From: Octopus vulgaris
Lineage: Eukaryota
Direction: 5' to 3'
NCBI GenBank assembly: GCA_951406725.2
Contig: OX597818.1
Location: forward strand, 65,782,001-65,846,000
DNA length: 64,000 nt
Translations under genes and position numbers: made by a program
In this document: positions 12,717 to 28,429 of the stretch, piece after piece
Numbering within the stretch: the stretch's first letter is position 1
Layout of the letters: every line of letters begins with the position of its first letter
The notes under the pieces: model-generated
What the model was told of the DNA's origin: nothing
The model's input: the letters and a program-made list of their open reading frames with translations, nothing else
Database searches by the model: none

Positions 12717-15700
12717 AATTCCCTTTCGAAACACTGTTAGGGCACAGAAATGTGTTAAAAGCCAGCTGGAGGAAATGTCTTCCTGGGGCTACAAGTAGCA
12801 TCAACCCTTGAGAGTTAACCACATTTAGGTGGCAAATATATATATTCTTTAAAATGGCTATAGGAATTCTTCAGTTTAATGATAACTGCGCAGAACTTTA
12901 CATAACAACAAACAACAATAAATGTCTGCATATGCACACAAAGTGTATGTGCCAACCCCATATTCCTGAATATTACACAAATATTTTAAGTTCCATGCGA
13001 TGCGTATTATACAGTATAACGATATTATTGATTCCTCTTTATACTCACATTTACATATTTGGTTATAATCTACTTCCGTATGCTAGGAAAGATTAAAAAT
13101 TTAATTTGTTTATCAATAGCAACTTCTGTGGTTCTGTTCTTCTGAGGCAAATAACCACCGCATACTGGTATTAATAAGTATTTACCATTTAATACGATTT
13201 CAAATATAGAGATGAAACATCTCAACTGAATATTAAAACAGATTATAACTGATAAACAGAATGGGGGAGGGGAGAAATTATTGGATAGTGTATGTATTTT
13301 ATATGCACTGGCTGCATCTGTGTGTGTATGGTTGCGTTGCCACAGGTGGAGATCAGACGAGTAGGAAAGAAATGGAACTGTGATGCACAGGTAATTAAAT
13401 TAATGCGAGTTCGAACGCGCATACTTCTATGTTAGGCAATTTCTGTAGTTTCCTCCAGATATTCTAGATATATAATCATTTGCGAATAATAAATCATTCT
13501 TTAGCATGGTGCATCGATGAATATGATTTTATAATTCACAATAAACTAAACCGAGTGAAATACGTCAGCGAGGATTATTTCTGTTTTCCTTTCAGTTTGA
13601 GATTTTAGTACGGTGTTAGCGTTGTTAAATAGTTATTGATGGAAAACAACATGCGTTGGGGTGGCCAACCGATAGATTCATAACGACCACAGTAGTATCT
13701 GCATTAGATTTTATTCAGTTTTGTTAACCTGAGACCTTTGCATTTACATATAAACTGCAGTCAAATAAATAGAAAATAATTCAAAAGTTATCAGATGAAA
13801 TAAGTGACAAATTAAACAGAAATAATTACAACATATTTTCAAAAAGCTCCCCAATTGAGATTCATGTAACGCCTGAATTAGTTGCAAGCATAACAAGTAG
13901 AAACAGTGAGACCATCTATCATGGAACTCAGAGACATTCGTTCGTGTGACGCCAAAGGTCTTTCTGTATGGGAAATAATTACTCCATATTTTTATAACCT
14001 CCCACACAATTTTTAGAACATTCGTCAAAAATATTTGGCAAGATTTCAACTCGCTTGCTGAAATATGCGATCTGATGGTCCTAGCCCCATTTAATTAAGC
14101 ATCAATGCCTTTTTATGTTTACAGTATGAATTGTACGTTAATGACCTTGCCTTTTATGTCTATATTGCAGGATGCGGCTCTGAGTTGGAAAAAGTAACGC
14201 ATGATTCTTCTCCCCAAAATTCGGTGACTGCCTCACTACGCAATATTTCATACAACATTAACTAATTCAGCTTCAAGACCAACTGTATCGTCATAAAAGC
14301 CATAAGTCACCACAAAAGACGTAGACTGTTACGGGAAAATAGCTCGACAAATCATCTTTCGCTCACTTGTTAGAAACGATGTATTGAAATCGAAGAGAAG
14401 CGTGTGAATTTTCAGTCCAAACAATCTGATTAAGATTTCTTCAAAATTTCACTTTCGGTTATAAAAATGTTAATGACAAACTAAGACTGGAACACAATAA
14501 ATGAGACTACGTTGTTCTCCACAGTGAGTTGGCTATTTCAATTTCTTTTACTTTTTCTTACTTAAAATATTGCTGTGGAATTCGACAAATGCCAAAAAAC
14601 TTGCAATTTCCAGTCACACGTTTGACGTTTATAAACAAATTTAACTCTTATTTCATCTTCTCTAATTATGACCTACATTCCTAACACGTTATAAAATTCC
14701 TAAATATTTCGTTACTTGCTTCATGGACATTGTTCCATTATTAACATATAGTTATCTAAATGTAAACGATGCGAGTTAAAATATATGAAAACGGACATAA
14801 ATTTACTGTGGTCCTTATTTTTTACATAGAACATACATCTGTGTAAATTAGGGAATTACTATAGAATAATTTATAACAAAACACCGCACAAAAAATGCAA
14901 AAATACCCTGGCATTAAGAGCGAAATCCACACCAAAATGTGATAATTAAGTGAGTCACAGGAATCTCTTAATTTATTGTTATATAACGATGATTGCTGTT
15001 CCGTGAACTAAGCTCAACTAAACTGATTACCAATGTGAAATTCGCCCAAACACAACGACGGTTATGGAGTGCAGAAATTAAATAAAATAAAATAAAGAAA
15101 ATATAAATTGTCTGGAACTTCTGTATTTGTTGACACCAGCACAACATATTGCACAGCACTGTATGAATATGCGATATGTTGTGAAAAAAAAGAAAAGAAG
15201 AGGCTATGAATAAAGAAAATATGAAAGTAAATTTGGCAACATGTGTTAACATCGAAGATATTATCTCTGTATTCACACACGAAAGAAAGCTATATTCGAA
15301 TATGAGAATTCCAACTGTGAGAAAATCACAGTTTTCTGGCTCACGTTCACTTTTTAAAAGAAAGAAACAAAAGTGATGAAAACGTGTTGAGAATTCTTTT
15401 TTTCATTCTTTGTCAGTAAGCATTGCAATATATTTTTATGTGGAACTTTTCATCAAGTATATGTAAACAATAAAAGTAAAAATTCACTGTACTTATAGTA
15501 TTTTAATGGTTACGGTGAGAAAAGCTTGCCTGAGTAGATATTGTATAGCAATAATTTGATATCATAAGTATATCTTTTAGGAAAAATAAGGCTATTGTGT
15601 CGAAATTTTTATTACACACACAGACAGACACACACACACACACACACACTCACACACATTTCCTCCTTTGCGCATTTACTCATTTAAGCTCGCGAGCTGT

Positions 15701-15739
15701 GGCCATGTCTGGCACTGCCACTTAGAGTTACTACATCTT

Positions 15740-16200
15740 CATAAACTCTTCTTTAATACTTCACATTTCCTGAATGAACAAGTTTGACGTCGCTTCCTGC
15801 ATCTGCGGTTTCTTGCCGTGAAGTCTATTTTTCATCGAGGACATCTACACCAACCCCCATGTAAGTTACTTTCAATTGTTCACAAATATTGTTTGTTGTA
15901 TTAATCAGTTGTGTTTTTTATGGCAAGTGTGGGACCTTTGGCGCTATGTAAATGCACCCTGTCCTGTTTTTAGTGTAACACTCAGTGCCTAAGTTTTTGA
16001 GAATATATACCAGGTTCTTCCAGATCTATATTACAACATACCTTTCTCTCTTTCACTCCAGAGATTAGAGCCTTCACCCCTTGGATATTCCCATTAGCTA
16101 ATCTGCAGTAGTTCTACTATATCTGTTTGTTGCATAGTTGGATTGTTTCGGGCTCTGTTACTAATTTTACAATATGTGGTGAACATAGTTGGTAGCATTA
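15740..16200 (-). pseudogene. Old CR1-group LINE 3' fragment
   Basis: Minus translation near 16080-15990 gives L*SLE*KRERYVVI*IWKNL, similar to the LYSL(E/Q)RRR(E/D)R motif in the CR1 at 55566-56345. Downstream N.LHGVGVDV-like segment. Confidence 0.5.
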
Positions 16201-16319
16201 AGGAAAATGTACACTTTTGTTTACTTTATTTATATTATTTACATTTGACGGATATCAGTCCTCATCTAGTTTGTTCTTAACACTATATTTCGGCTGACAT
16301 ACCCTCCAGCCTTTAACAG

Positions 16320-16388
16320 GCATATGGCGTAGTGGTTAAGAACACCGGTTACTAACACTAAGGTTACGTGTTCGATTCCAGGCAGTGA

Positions 16389-16445
<57 letters not shown>
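16320..16445 (+). mobile_element. Short tRNA-derived SINE or tRNA pseudogene with a (TAA)n tail
   Basis: A box TGGCGTAGTGG and B box GTTCGATTCC, followed directly by a long (TAA)n tail. Confidence 0.7.
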
Positions 16446-16446
<1 letters not shown>

Positions 16447-17081
16447 GTTCTTGAAATAGAAATTAGGTCTATGAATAAAAATTTTCTGATGACGCTGAAC
16501 GAAACGCCCTTGTTTCCAGAGATGATTTATTCAAAACCCCTATTTTTCATCTCATCACATAGTTATAATGCCCCCTCCCCCGTCACTACTTCTGCTCATG
16601 ATCAGAGATACAACCACCAAGGGACATGCTCAAATGATGAAGGTTAAACAACCGGCAAGCAGATCTGTGGTACTGAGCAGAGTATTTGCTGTAGTCCATC
16701 GTTAGTACCAAGAAAAACATAGCACATGATAACCCTTTCTATCACTTAAGACACGAAGGGTTATCATATTCCATAAATAGATACACGTCGAATCTTCATC
16801 TTCAAAAATATTGAGCATCGCTGACATTGTACTAGTAAAAGCATTATGTGGCTGTCACTTAAGTGTGCTTATAAGTTGGGGAATAGTTTTACTGTTATGT
16901 GTTCAGAAGGAGAAAGGGAGGGGGAAAAGAGAATGAGTAATATAGAAAGAGACAGAAAGGAGGAAGAGAGAAAGGGAGTAGCGTGAAAGAGAGGAATATA
17001 TAAAGAGAGAGAATATAAAGTGGAAATGCAATCTCGCAGTGAATTTAATCTATTTTCCTGTAGCTAAAATTTACAATATTA

Positions 17082-17215
17082 AAAGGCGGCGAGGTAGCAG
17101 TATAGTTAGCACGCCGGGCGAAATACTTATCGATATTTCGTCTGCTGTTACGTTCTGAGTTCAATTTCCGCCGAGGTAGACTATGTTTAGTCCCCTGTGG
17201 GCAATAAAGAAATAA
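17082..17215 (+). mobile_element. SINE family B, internally deleted copy
   Basis: AAGGCGGCGAGGTAGCAG...TTAGCACGCCGGGCGAAAT...GAGTTCAATTTCCGCCGAGGT. Confidence 0.7.
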
Positions 17216-17902
17216 ATATTTAAGATGTTTAAATTCAACATTTTGATAAAAGTATATCAAAATTAGAATTTTTTTGACCTTTCTTGACACTGTAGATTTA
17301 ATTATCAGCTTTATTGTAGTTAATCAAACCAACTCCTGCAATAATTTAGCGAAATCTACAAAATAGAAAATGCAAAGAAATAATTCAATTAGATAAGAAC
17401 TCATAACCAAAGAAATGGCACAAACGTTTATATTTAGGCTTTTTTCAACCACCTCTCATGACAAAACTATAAACCTTACAAAGGAAATGATTGCTTAAAA
17501 CATCGACAACGTTGCGTGCGTGCGAAGTGTGCGTTCGACGGTTTACTGGTAAAGATAGATTAATATAAAATTTGGCATTAACACACTTCGAATGATTTAA
17601 ATTTGAATTCTTTCCTAGATTTAATATCGTTTAAGGCAAGGATATTATCTTTGAGACTATAGGTATACACGGAAGAAACAGAGATACACAAAACTACACA
17701 TGCACATACGCACACACATGTGCGTCTGTATGTATGTATGTATGTATGTATGTATGTACATATATAGAGATAGAGAGACAGATAGATAGATAGATAGAGG
17801 TATACACAAAAGCTGTATATAGATAAGTATCCATATTTGTACGTATATATGTAAATATATATAGATATACATACTGCACACGCGTATACACAGATATGCA
17901 TA

Positions 17903-17971
<69 letters not shown>

Positions 17972-20900
17972 GTGTGTATTCATGTATATAGATACACATC
18001 TGTATAGTTTACTTGGTTACGACCACGATATACTTGAATATATTGTTTGCATCAGTTGTAAGTGAAAATCGAATTGCCAATAAATACACACGTCTGAGTA
18101 TATTTAGTTGCTTAAAATAATATACACACAAACATATACGAATACATACACCCACAAAAATCGACACATATAAACACACCAACGCGCGCGATTCGTGAAA
18201 TCACATGAGCGATCGTCAGATTTGAATTTCGATAAATATAGCAGAGTTTCGGTTTGAAATGCTTTATCACATATCTTGTATTTCGGAAAGACACTTATAC
18301 ATCGCCATTAAACAGCAATTATAGAGACAGTTCCAATAATAGACACTTCCTTGAATCTCTCACCGAAACTTACATTCCCAAACATTAACCAATACACCTT
18401 CCTTCACCGAACACTTAAACTATTTATCTATATTTTTAATTCGCTCTCTCCTTCTCTTATCCGCAGACTCACAAGCACTCAGTCATCATCAAATGTATTT
18501 ATGTCATCTGTTTTGAATGCTTAGAGTAAGTTAAACATTTTGCTGTATGAAGATTTATGGCAAACATAATTAAGCATTTTATTAAAGTTTACAGATTCCT
18601 CATTGATATCCTGACGAAATTTTATTGCTTTCACATAATCTATTCTGTTAATTTCCTGGTCTGTTTAGATACAGAACACATCAATAATGAGTCAGATGAA
18701 ATAATTACTATATATTTATTGGTATTTATCAGATGTCTATGAAGACAAGACAGTAAAACGGTAAATTTTTCGACAGTATATTGACTTGATTGAAAATTAT
18801 GCTCTCAGACTTTCTGTAAAACCTGAGAGTATGACAGAAATGTCATGATTGGTGGATCTGCAATTTATCCTTGTATATTGATAAAATAGTTAGTATAATT
18901 AATAACAGAATGGTGATTTATTATCATCTAGGATTAGCGGACATTTTGTTTGATTAAATTATAAACAACTCCATCGAAGTTCCTTGTAAAAGTTGATGCG
19001 TGGGTGCATCTGCGAGATGAGACAAGACTATATTGAAAATCGAATCTGCCGGAACATATTAACGTAGCAAGAAAAAATATATACCATTGTAAGCAAATCT
19101 ATTGACCAATAATTATTAGCGACAGAAACAGTGAATTTTAACTTTTATGCGGCTGAAGGACATCTGCCACTTCAGATTATCTGAAATTTCTAATACCCAT
19201 TGTAAATTGTCTTCTGTAAGCGATGCAATATAAATATGCATTTGAGGGCTTTATTCAAATTGCGTCCATACGTCCTCTCGGGGAAAATATCATAGTATAC
19301 GGTCTTTTGACAATGTGGCCATGTTAAGTTGGATGATAAGATTGCTTTTTAAAAAGTATTACTCCACAGAATCAGACTTGATGCAAAAGATTATTTTGTG
19401 AAACTTGGAGCTATTAATCCTTATGTTCTGAAATAAGCTTAAGGTTCCAACATGATTTATTCGTGTTCCGTTTACTATAGGGAAGCATGGAGAGCTAAGG
19501 TTTGCATCTACGATACCCACATAATCGGGTTTCTGTTAGTCAGAAGGACAGTATATCTGAGGTTAGATTTAAAGTCTGCTTTCCAAGTGTAACACTTGCA
19601 TGATTGTAACATATACATATGCCTATACATATACATACATACATACATACATACATACATACATACATACATACATGCATACATATATATATATATATAT
19701 ATATATTGATATATTGATATATATATAAATATATAGGTACACATAAACACACACACATACATATGTATACGATTGTGTAGACAAACGAAAGATGGGCACA
19801 AAACAGATTTATTGAGAATTAAATCTATAGATCAAAACACTTCGAATCAAATTATTTTCATCTATCTATCTATCTATCTATTTATTTATCTGTGTGTCTC
19901 TATATTTATGTATATGTTTACACATGCATATTTATATATACATAATATATAGTTACATGGTATATTATATAATATCATTACTACACAAGGATATCATGAT
20001 ATCATGATAAAATATCACTATTATACAAGGATGTTTTATGCATCTATAAATACATATCACTGATGTGTTCGGAATTTTTAGGAAATATCCACGACAAATA
20101 TTGACACATCTATTCACAAATGAGAGATATATCCAAGTGATGAAGATATCTGCAAGAAATAGAAACCAGATGTCCTACCAGCAAGGCGATTCCAGTGGAA
20201 ATATGTGCAGTGTTATGCATATTTTAGATTTAACAGCTATATACTAACGTAACGAACGTATAAAATGAGGGAACATCCCCCTTTTATATATATATATATT
20301 TAAGATACCAAATATATTTTTTGTCTAATGCATAAAATAGTACAGTAAACATATTTGAAGAAAGTACAGTACTAAGTTTCCAACGGAATATGGCATTGTT
20401 CTATGTGGGTAAGTATTCTGATTTTCTTCGTAAACTTGTCTCAACTCTATTCCAGCTACACATTTAAGGGTCTGAAGGATTTGTGGCTCTTCAAGAATTG
20501 CACTTCAGTAAATTCTATAGTAATGTATCATGTCGGCCGCTGATAGATCTGGTACCTCTCTGATCCATGCTTTTAAATACAGTATCCATTTTCAGAAAAT
20601 GAAAATCTAGAAAAATTAAGATATTTCAAATTATTTCAAAACCGCTTTCTATTTAAACTGAATACATTTCATTACTGATATCTAATAAAATGGTTACCCC
20701 TAATTCTATTTCAAATTTTGCTTCATTTACAGCCCAACAGTGTAACGGTTGACGAAATAATATATAGAATAGAAAGATAAAAAGCAAAATTGTCTTGAAG
20801 GAAAATACAATCTAAATGACAGAATCTACTAAATATAAAAGTCATTGCGCCAAAATTTTGTTTTCTCACAGTTTCCAAAACTTCAAGACGAAAAAGTAAT

Positions 20901-21218
20901 GGAAATTTCAATATCCTACGATCACAAGTTGAGCAAGGAAATTGGACTGCACATATCTTCGTTCAGACAATTTCCATACATTAAATACTCTGGTTATGTC
21001 AAACATTTTATTTCAGGAAAGATGATTCAAAATCATTTCCTTATTGTGACCTTTGCAACTTTCAAGTTTGACACCGTGAAATGTGTAAACGTCTATATTT
21101 AGGCTAGGTATGACCGTGTGATACATATACAAAAGTGAGCAAACACGCGCCAACACATACACACACACACACACATATATGGGTCTTAAGAATGTATGTG
21201 TATATAAGAATATATATA

Positions 21219-21291
<73 letters not shown>

Positions 21292-21598
21292 GAGAGAGAT
21301 AGAGAAAGATAGACAGATATTATTTCTATATATATATGTGTTTGTATGTATATATAAGGTTTTCTACGTGTATTTCCAGTGACTATCGCTGCGTTTGTGA
21401 TCGAAAATATGAAATCGGACTTCGTGAAATAATTGTCTTTCGTTTAGGAAATTGAATCAAACTACACTATTACAGTATTCATAGAGTTCATTTGATGTCA
21501 GGCCAATAAAATTGTTGTCCCTGGTATTTTTTTTTTGTCAAATTTATTTTTATTACTTCAATTGGCAAAACTAATTTTCAATATTTAATAGTTATTTC

Positions 21599-21602
<4 letters not shown>

Positions 21603-21655
<53 letters not shown>

Positions 21656-21687
21656 ATATATACATATATATATATATACATATATAA

Positions 21688-21737
<50 letters not shown>

Positions 21738-21765
21738 GTATATATATATACATATGTACATATGC

Positions 21766-21816
<51 letters not shown>

Positions 21817-21860
21817 AGTATGTATATGCACACACGCAGATATATATATATATATTCATT

Positions 21861-21892
<32 letters not shown>
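21603..21892. repeat. Long imperfect (TA)n microsatellite
   Basis: Directly visible; source of the YIYI pseudo-ORFs. Confidence 0.95.
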
Positions 21893-22472
21893 TTTATTGT
21901 TATATGTATGAACATATACGCTGAAACATACTGAAGTATGAATTTATAAATATATACGCATTCACATACACATATGCGTATACATATATATGTGCGGGAG
22001 TGCATGTGTATGTATATGTGTGTACTTGTGTGTTTTTGTATGTTAGTATATAATGGAAATACATAAAATTGTTATAGCCTTCAATGAAAAAAGATTATTG
22101 TGGCTGAAAAAGCAAAGAGGAAACATGTTTGATATAATTTCAGGAAGCCATCAGAATGAAACATACAAATATATTACTTTTGTTTTTTTTTGGCTTCACA
22201 AAAAACAAAAAAACAAAAAGAGAAAATTGTTCAGCTATTGCGGAAAACGTTGCTTTGAGTGCAAATATATCAATGATGATGGAGACTCCATCAATTCTAA
22301 ATACAAGAGAAATATTTCTGCTGACCCAAGTCCATAACAGTTTTAGATAAATTTTAAACCAATATCACTTCCTTTTAGTTCTAATTTTCTAGTATTTGTT
22401 TCCCTTGTTGTACTTATTTGTACAAACATTACGTTTTTATGTATTCATATTCATATTTAGATATGTTTAGAC

Positions 22473-22532
<60 letters not shown>

Positions 22533-23411
22533 ATGTGTGTGTGTGTGTTTCATATAAATATATATATATATATATACATACATACACACACGCATATATA
22601 TATATATATATATCGTATATACGAGTATTTATTGGCGAATGTTTGTCTCTGTGTAGTGTCGTCATTGCGATTTAGTGGTTCACCAAACGAAAACTATTGA
22701 ATAAGGATACTTTCGTTCGACTAAAAATTCTTGAAGGTGTGCTCCCGTATAACCGCTGTCTACTTACTAAATGAAGTGAACGATACAAGATACACTCACA
22801 CACATATGCTTATATAGGTACATACATATAAATATATGCGTGCGTGTGTGTAATATATATATATATATATATATATATAAGTATGTATGTATATACATAT
22901 ATGTATTTATGTATAATACATATCCTAAATTTCATTCTGAAGAAATTAATGTGATTTAGTTCGGAAAATCTTGATATTGTCATATTTAGAATTGTGTATT
23001 TTTACAGTCCAACGCATTTCATACTATTGATCAGCCAGTCGTGAAATGAGATCTTAATGATGTCTATTTGTAGCCTAAAAAATACTAAAATATAAGTTTT
23101 TGTAACATTCGTGTGGTGCCAGAACGGTAGGTATAAAGTCTGCCAGGTGTTGACTTCATCAGCTTCATGTCACCTGTGTCAATGGTCAATTATACAGCCA
23201 ATATGATTCTTTGAATTTAAACATTTAAACACAGAAATTATTTTCTTGATTTAAGTTTGTGAGGAAAATTGGCGCTTTTCGTCACCTTTATGCACGATAA
23301 CTTGGAGAATATGGGATTTGCCGTCAAAATTGCCGTTCGTACCGAAGAGCTAATATCCAGTTGTCATTGTTAATATTAAGCAAATCGTCTATGTTGGTAG
23401 ACAGCAAGGTA

Positions 23412-23745
<334 letters not shown>

Positions 23746-23747
23746 GT

Positions 23748-23905
23748 GCAGGCGTGTCTGTGTGATAAGAAGCGTGCTTCCAAACCACATGGTTCCGTGT
23801 TTAGTCCGCATGCGTTGCACGTTGCGTATGTTTTCCTATACTAGCCTCGTGCCGACGAGAGCCTCATGAGTGGTTTTGGTAGATGGAAACGTTTTCTGAC
23901 GTCCT
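23748..23905 (+). mobile_element. Degenerate SINE family A, 5' half
   Basis: GCAGGCGTGTCTGTGTGATAAGAAGC...CCACATGGTTCCGTGTTTAGTCC...TTTGGTAGATGGAAAC. Confidence 0.6.
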
Positions 23906-23924
23906 GTTCCCATATATACATATA

Positions 23925-23959
23925 TAATGATAATAATAATAATAATAATAATGATGATG

Positions 23960-24019
<60 letters not shown>

Positions 24020-24020
24020 T
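23925..24020. repeat. (TAA)n/(TGA)n microsatellite
   Basis: Directly visible. Confidence 0.95.
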
Positions 24021-24187
24021 AACATTATATTTTGGCTGCTATTTCTACTAAGTTCAGTATGTGGCAAAGTAATTTATTTTACTAAGCCCTAATTATATAA
24101 TGTAATATTTTGAATTCGCCTTAAATGGTCCTTTTACATACTTAACACTTGGTGAAATTGATTAATTAATTTTACCCTCAATTGTTG

Positions 24188-24226
<39 letters not shown>

Positions 24227-24433
24227 TATATACATCATTAGCTGTACATATATCGTATATATACGTGCATATATTGGTACAGGACACCACGAAACTTAAA
24301 CAACCTGAAATATGAAAACAAATTTCGCTATGCAAAGAACGTGAGAGGCAAATGGAAAACACGGCAGGTAACATAAATAACGACCCTTCATAAGATGTCC
24401 ACTGTCTATCTATTCCTCATTTCGAACATTATA

Positions 24434-24510
<77 letters not shown>

Positions 24511-25241
24511 GTACGTATATATACATACAGTGTGTGTGTGTGCGTGTGTGTGTGTGCGTGTGTGTTTGCGCTTGTGTGCTTCAAATTTGGAGATGCAGAC
24601 AATGAGAGAAGCAAATGGAAACAAGAGAAGTAACATAAAAACGACCCTTCATCAGCTCAACAACTGATTCTGCCTTGTGGCCTCCCAGATAAGTGAAGTT
24701 TCAGTAAAAGACCCAATGAACAGAAGTAACAGTCTTTAAACAATCAAAATACTGGTGTCGATTTGTTGGTATATCACCTTTCAATGCAGTGCTCCAGCAT
24801 GGCCCAAACAAGGAAAATTTGTTTATAAAGAACTTAAAAAAGAATATTTGGGAGAACAATATAGCGAATGTGTACGTTGTTTTATTATTGATAGACGCTT
24901 TCCTTCATAATTTTGATTCTCCCCGTGATAAGCCGCTGAATCGTTGTCCGGGGTTTGTGGTGTATCATCTCGTTCTCATAACTTTAAACATACAAATTCT
25001 GAATAAAAATTTCATGATTTCTAAGAGAGTCACCGTGAAAATTTCGTTTTCTTCAAATCCATATATTTGAAAAGACATGAATCTACAGCTACAAACTTTC
25101 AAATCTTTTCTAAACCAATTGTCCGTTTTACAGAATTTAATACTTCAAAAACTAGCTAAACAAAACTTTCAGCTTACCATTGATTGATTCAGTTTAGCAG
25201 GTGCATTTATCATGAATGAATTGATATTTTTTCTCAGTTGG

Positions 25242-25542
<301 letters not shown>

Positions 25543-25639
25543 AGTTTTTGTAGAGTACATATTTTTTATTTTTACACAAGAATGTTGGCAAAGACTTCGG
25601 GTGTTTCAGGCATGTTACCGAAATTTGCTTGTGTATGTG

Positions 25640-25673
<34 letters not shown>

Positions 25674-25739
25674 TGTATGTATGTATGTATGTATGTATGT
25701 ATGTATGTATGTATGTATGTATGTATGTATGTATGTATG

Positions 25740-26060
25740 AATGAATATTCTCTACTGCATATTAATTATTTAAATTCTTTCTCCGAGTGTAGGAGCTGGT
25801 TTCTAACAAACATATAAAAGCACCTTCGCCGGAATGTAGATTATAAAACGATATAATATTTAACAATTTTTGCATATTTAGTGATCCGCTGAAGAGTTTG
25901 TGTCCGTAATGTGCCAGTTATTTGCTTGATTTTTGCCAGAAGGCCAAAGCTTAACTCTACTCTCGCAGGCATTGTCTCACAAAACCACTTGCATCAGGTT
26001 TTATAGGTATTAATGCAAATTTGTTTAAAGAAGGTGGAGAATTCGAAGCAGTTGATCAGT
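25740..26060 (-). mobile_element. Old R4/Dong-like retroelement 3' fragment abutting (CATA)n
   Basis: Minus translation QLLRILHLL and KFALIPIKPDASGFVRQCL parallels ELLRNLQLL and KFRFIPVITGILGY at 7731-7934. 3' UTR TTCC..GAAGG.GC....TTAGAAACC matches 8392-8430. Runs into (CATA)n at 25645-25739. Confidence 0.6.
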
Positions 26061-27659
26061 CTTTCTCTTTCTCTATGTTTGTATTCCCGCATTTACGTAT
26101 ATAGAATGCATGAATACATATATGTATGTATAAATACGTGTGCGTATGTATGAATATATATATTTATATACACTAAATAAACAGCATTGATATATAGAAA
26201 ATATATACTGAAGTATGAATATATACTAAATAAAGAACATTACACTCGCACATGCATATACGCACACATAGATATGCATACCGATAGTATATACAAGTAT
26301 ATAATTGCACATGTAAATGTCGGTATGCATGTGTTGTGCTTCGTCTGTATGTGGAGGTGTGTGTGTGTGTGTGTGTGTTAATGCTGTTTACGGTTAACTT
26401 ATTTGTTTAAAATCGTAGAACTCGCTTATGCGAGCGTATAAGTTATTAGGTGAAAGACTTCAGTGACAAATCGTTCCTGCGTTGTTATTCAGGCATACCT
26501 GAATGTCAGCTTCGTGCGGAAGTGAAGATAAAACACCACCCACTCACCTTAATAAGTCTAATCAACTCTAGTTTACTTATATCTCAACTCCGACACCAAA
26601 GAAGTTACATTCCCCTGTTAAATTCGGATTCACTAAGTAAATTGAAGTGTGCTTCCTTCCAAACACTGATGTTATACTCAAACTTCTCGCGCGAAAGTGA
26701 AATACCATTCGCTACTGTTTAAACACAATGAGTTATAATATATTCAAACATTCAAAGAGTAGCCATAGCTGATATGGTGCGCAGATGTATTTGAGAAATT
26801 CAACTTCCAGCCAAACTGTTGAAAGACAGTTATGTGTTATTCACAACGTCCATGAATTATTCATCAATCTCAATGTAAAATGTGTAATATATATGTTGTG
26901 TCAGTGAGATGTTATGTCATTAATAATTACCCCCATCTCTAACGAAATGATAAGTCAACCTACACAAATTAGAAGGCCATGTCAGGGTTGGAAGTACTTT
27001 TACTCACTGAACTTTTATTCGTAGATATTGTAACTATGCAAAACAATAGTTTTGTACTAATTTTCTTTGGAGACTATATGCTAATGAGGCTTGACACTTG
27101 AAAGTTTTGGCTCGGCTTTTTGAACTGCGAATAAGCAAGTTGGTTCATCATATTATAGCACCTATCAACTCGATTGCCAAGTATATGCACCAAACAGCTT
27201 CACGTTTTATCCACATTTTTGTTTCTTATTTTGTTAGTCTGAAGCGTCAGTGTTTTTGAAAAACATATTTTTATAACGCATGGACAGAGCCTGAAAGATA
27301 AAAGTATTTAATAAATGTGGTTCTTCAAGTATTGTAATATGTTGAAACTATTAGTAGCTACTTCGGTTGTGTATTTCATTTAATATATGTATATAAAGAA
27401 GAATAATGAATAGAAAGTCTCTGGTATGGTATTGTATATTTGATAAAATTAGTAGAAATGGCTTTACTGATAATTTTCCACTTTCATAAATGGATGTTTA
27501 CAATTTATTAAGTGTTTACAAAAGGTGACTCCAATAGCAGTTTCTCACTTAAGAGCGGTTTTCAAACTGATAATTTTGAGTTTACTTATCACTGTGTAGA
27601 CAAGGTGCCTTTTATTACAAACATACACACATACAAATACCAACACCTAAAATATATAC

Positions 27660-27691
<32 letters not shown>

Positions 27692-27692
27692 G

Positions 27693-27754
<62 letters not shown>

Positions 27755-27829
27755 TATGTGTGTGTGCGTGTGTATGTATGTATATGCATATTAATAGTAA
27801 TGGTATGACAACAAAAAAATGAATGAGAC

Positions 27830-28175
27830 CTCGATATTATGTAAATAGAGGAATTTATCTGTAATATAATTTGTGACAATTATAAAACCCCGAGCTTTGG
27901 GTGTTGGGGCGGAAATCTGCTCTGGTATCTCGTCTGATTGCCTTGATAACTGACGAGATGCCGGAGCAGATCTTCTGACCCGACATCCGAAACTTTGAGT
28001 TTTATTATTGGTGAAATCTAATGCTCACAGCTTAGTTTTTTCCTTGGGGCTCGCCGAGTTGGAGCAAATATCAGAATTAATCAGCCGAAATTTGCCATGA
28101 TGATTCGGTTTCTGACTGAAGATTGAAGGCTTCGAATGACTTGTCTGTTTTCCGTGTTCGTCCCTTCGTGTATTT
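27830..28175 (+). mobile_element. Probable Penelope-like pseudo-LTR with inverted 5' segment
   Basis: 27877-27940 is a diverged inverted copy of 27945-28010. Contains a hammerhead motif and lies upstream of a Penelope RT remnant. Confidence 0.5.
27944..28007 (+). ncRNA. Type I hammerhead ribozyme-like motif
   Basis: Stem I TGATAA/TTATTA; CTGACGA (27950-27956); stem II GATG.CGG...CCGACATC with one extra C; GAAAC-TTTGA-GTT. Confidence 0.5.
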
Positions 28176-28233
28176 CACGTTCTTTATATATAAATTTTTA
28201 TTCCTATATATACAAATATATATATATACATAT

Positions 28234-28286
<53 letters not shown>

Positions 28287-28429
28287 TATACATATATATA
28301 TATATATACATACACACACACACATATATATAGACATACATACAAATGCGTGTATATGAAGAAGAAATTGTATATACATATATATGTGTGTGCGTGTGTG
28401 TGTTTGTGTTTGTGTGTGTGTGTGTGTTT

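Noticed and set aside
13650-14470. Possible old transposase remnant
   Set aside because: No convincing catalytic motifs or TIRs could be read.
16320-16393. Functional tRNA gene
   Set aside because: The acceptor stem is poor, there is a (TAA)n tail, and no T-run terminator follows. A SINE or pseudogene fits better.
23130-23170. Minus-strand CTGATGA-AGTC...GACT hammerhead candidate
   Set aside because: Stem II is followed by TTAT rather than GAAA.
26542-26720. Possible minus-strand exon ending at the donor AAG|GTGAGT (26548)
   Set aside because: A single consensus donor is expected by chance in 64 kb, and no coding signal or partner exon was found. It would need RNA-seq.
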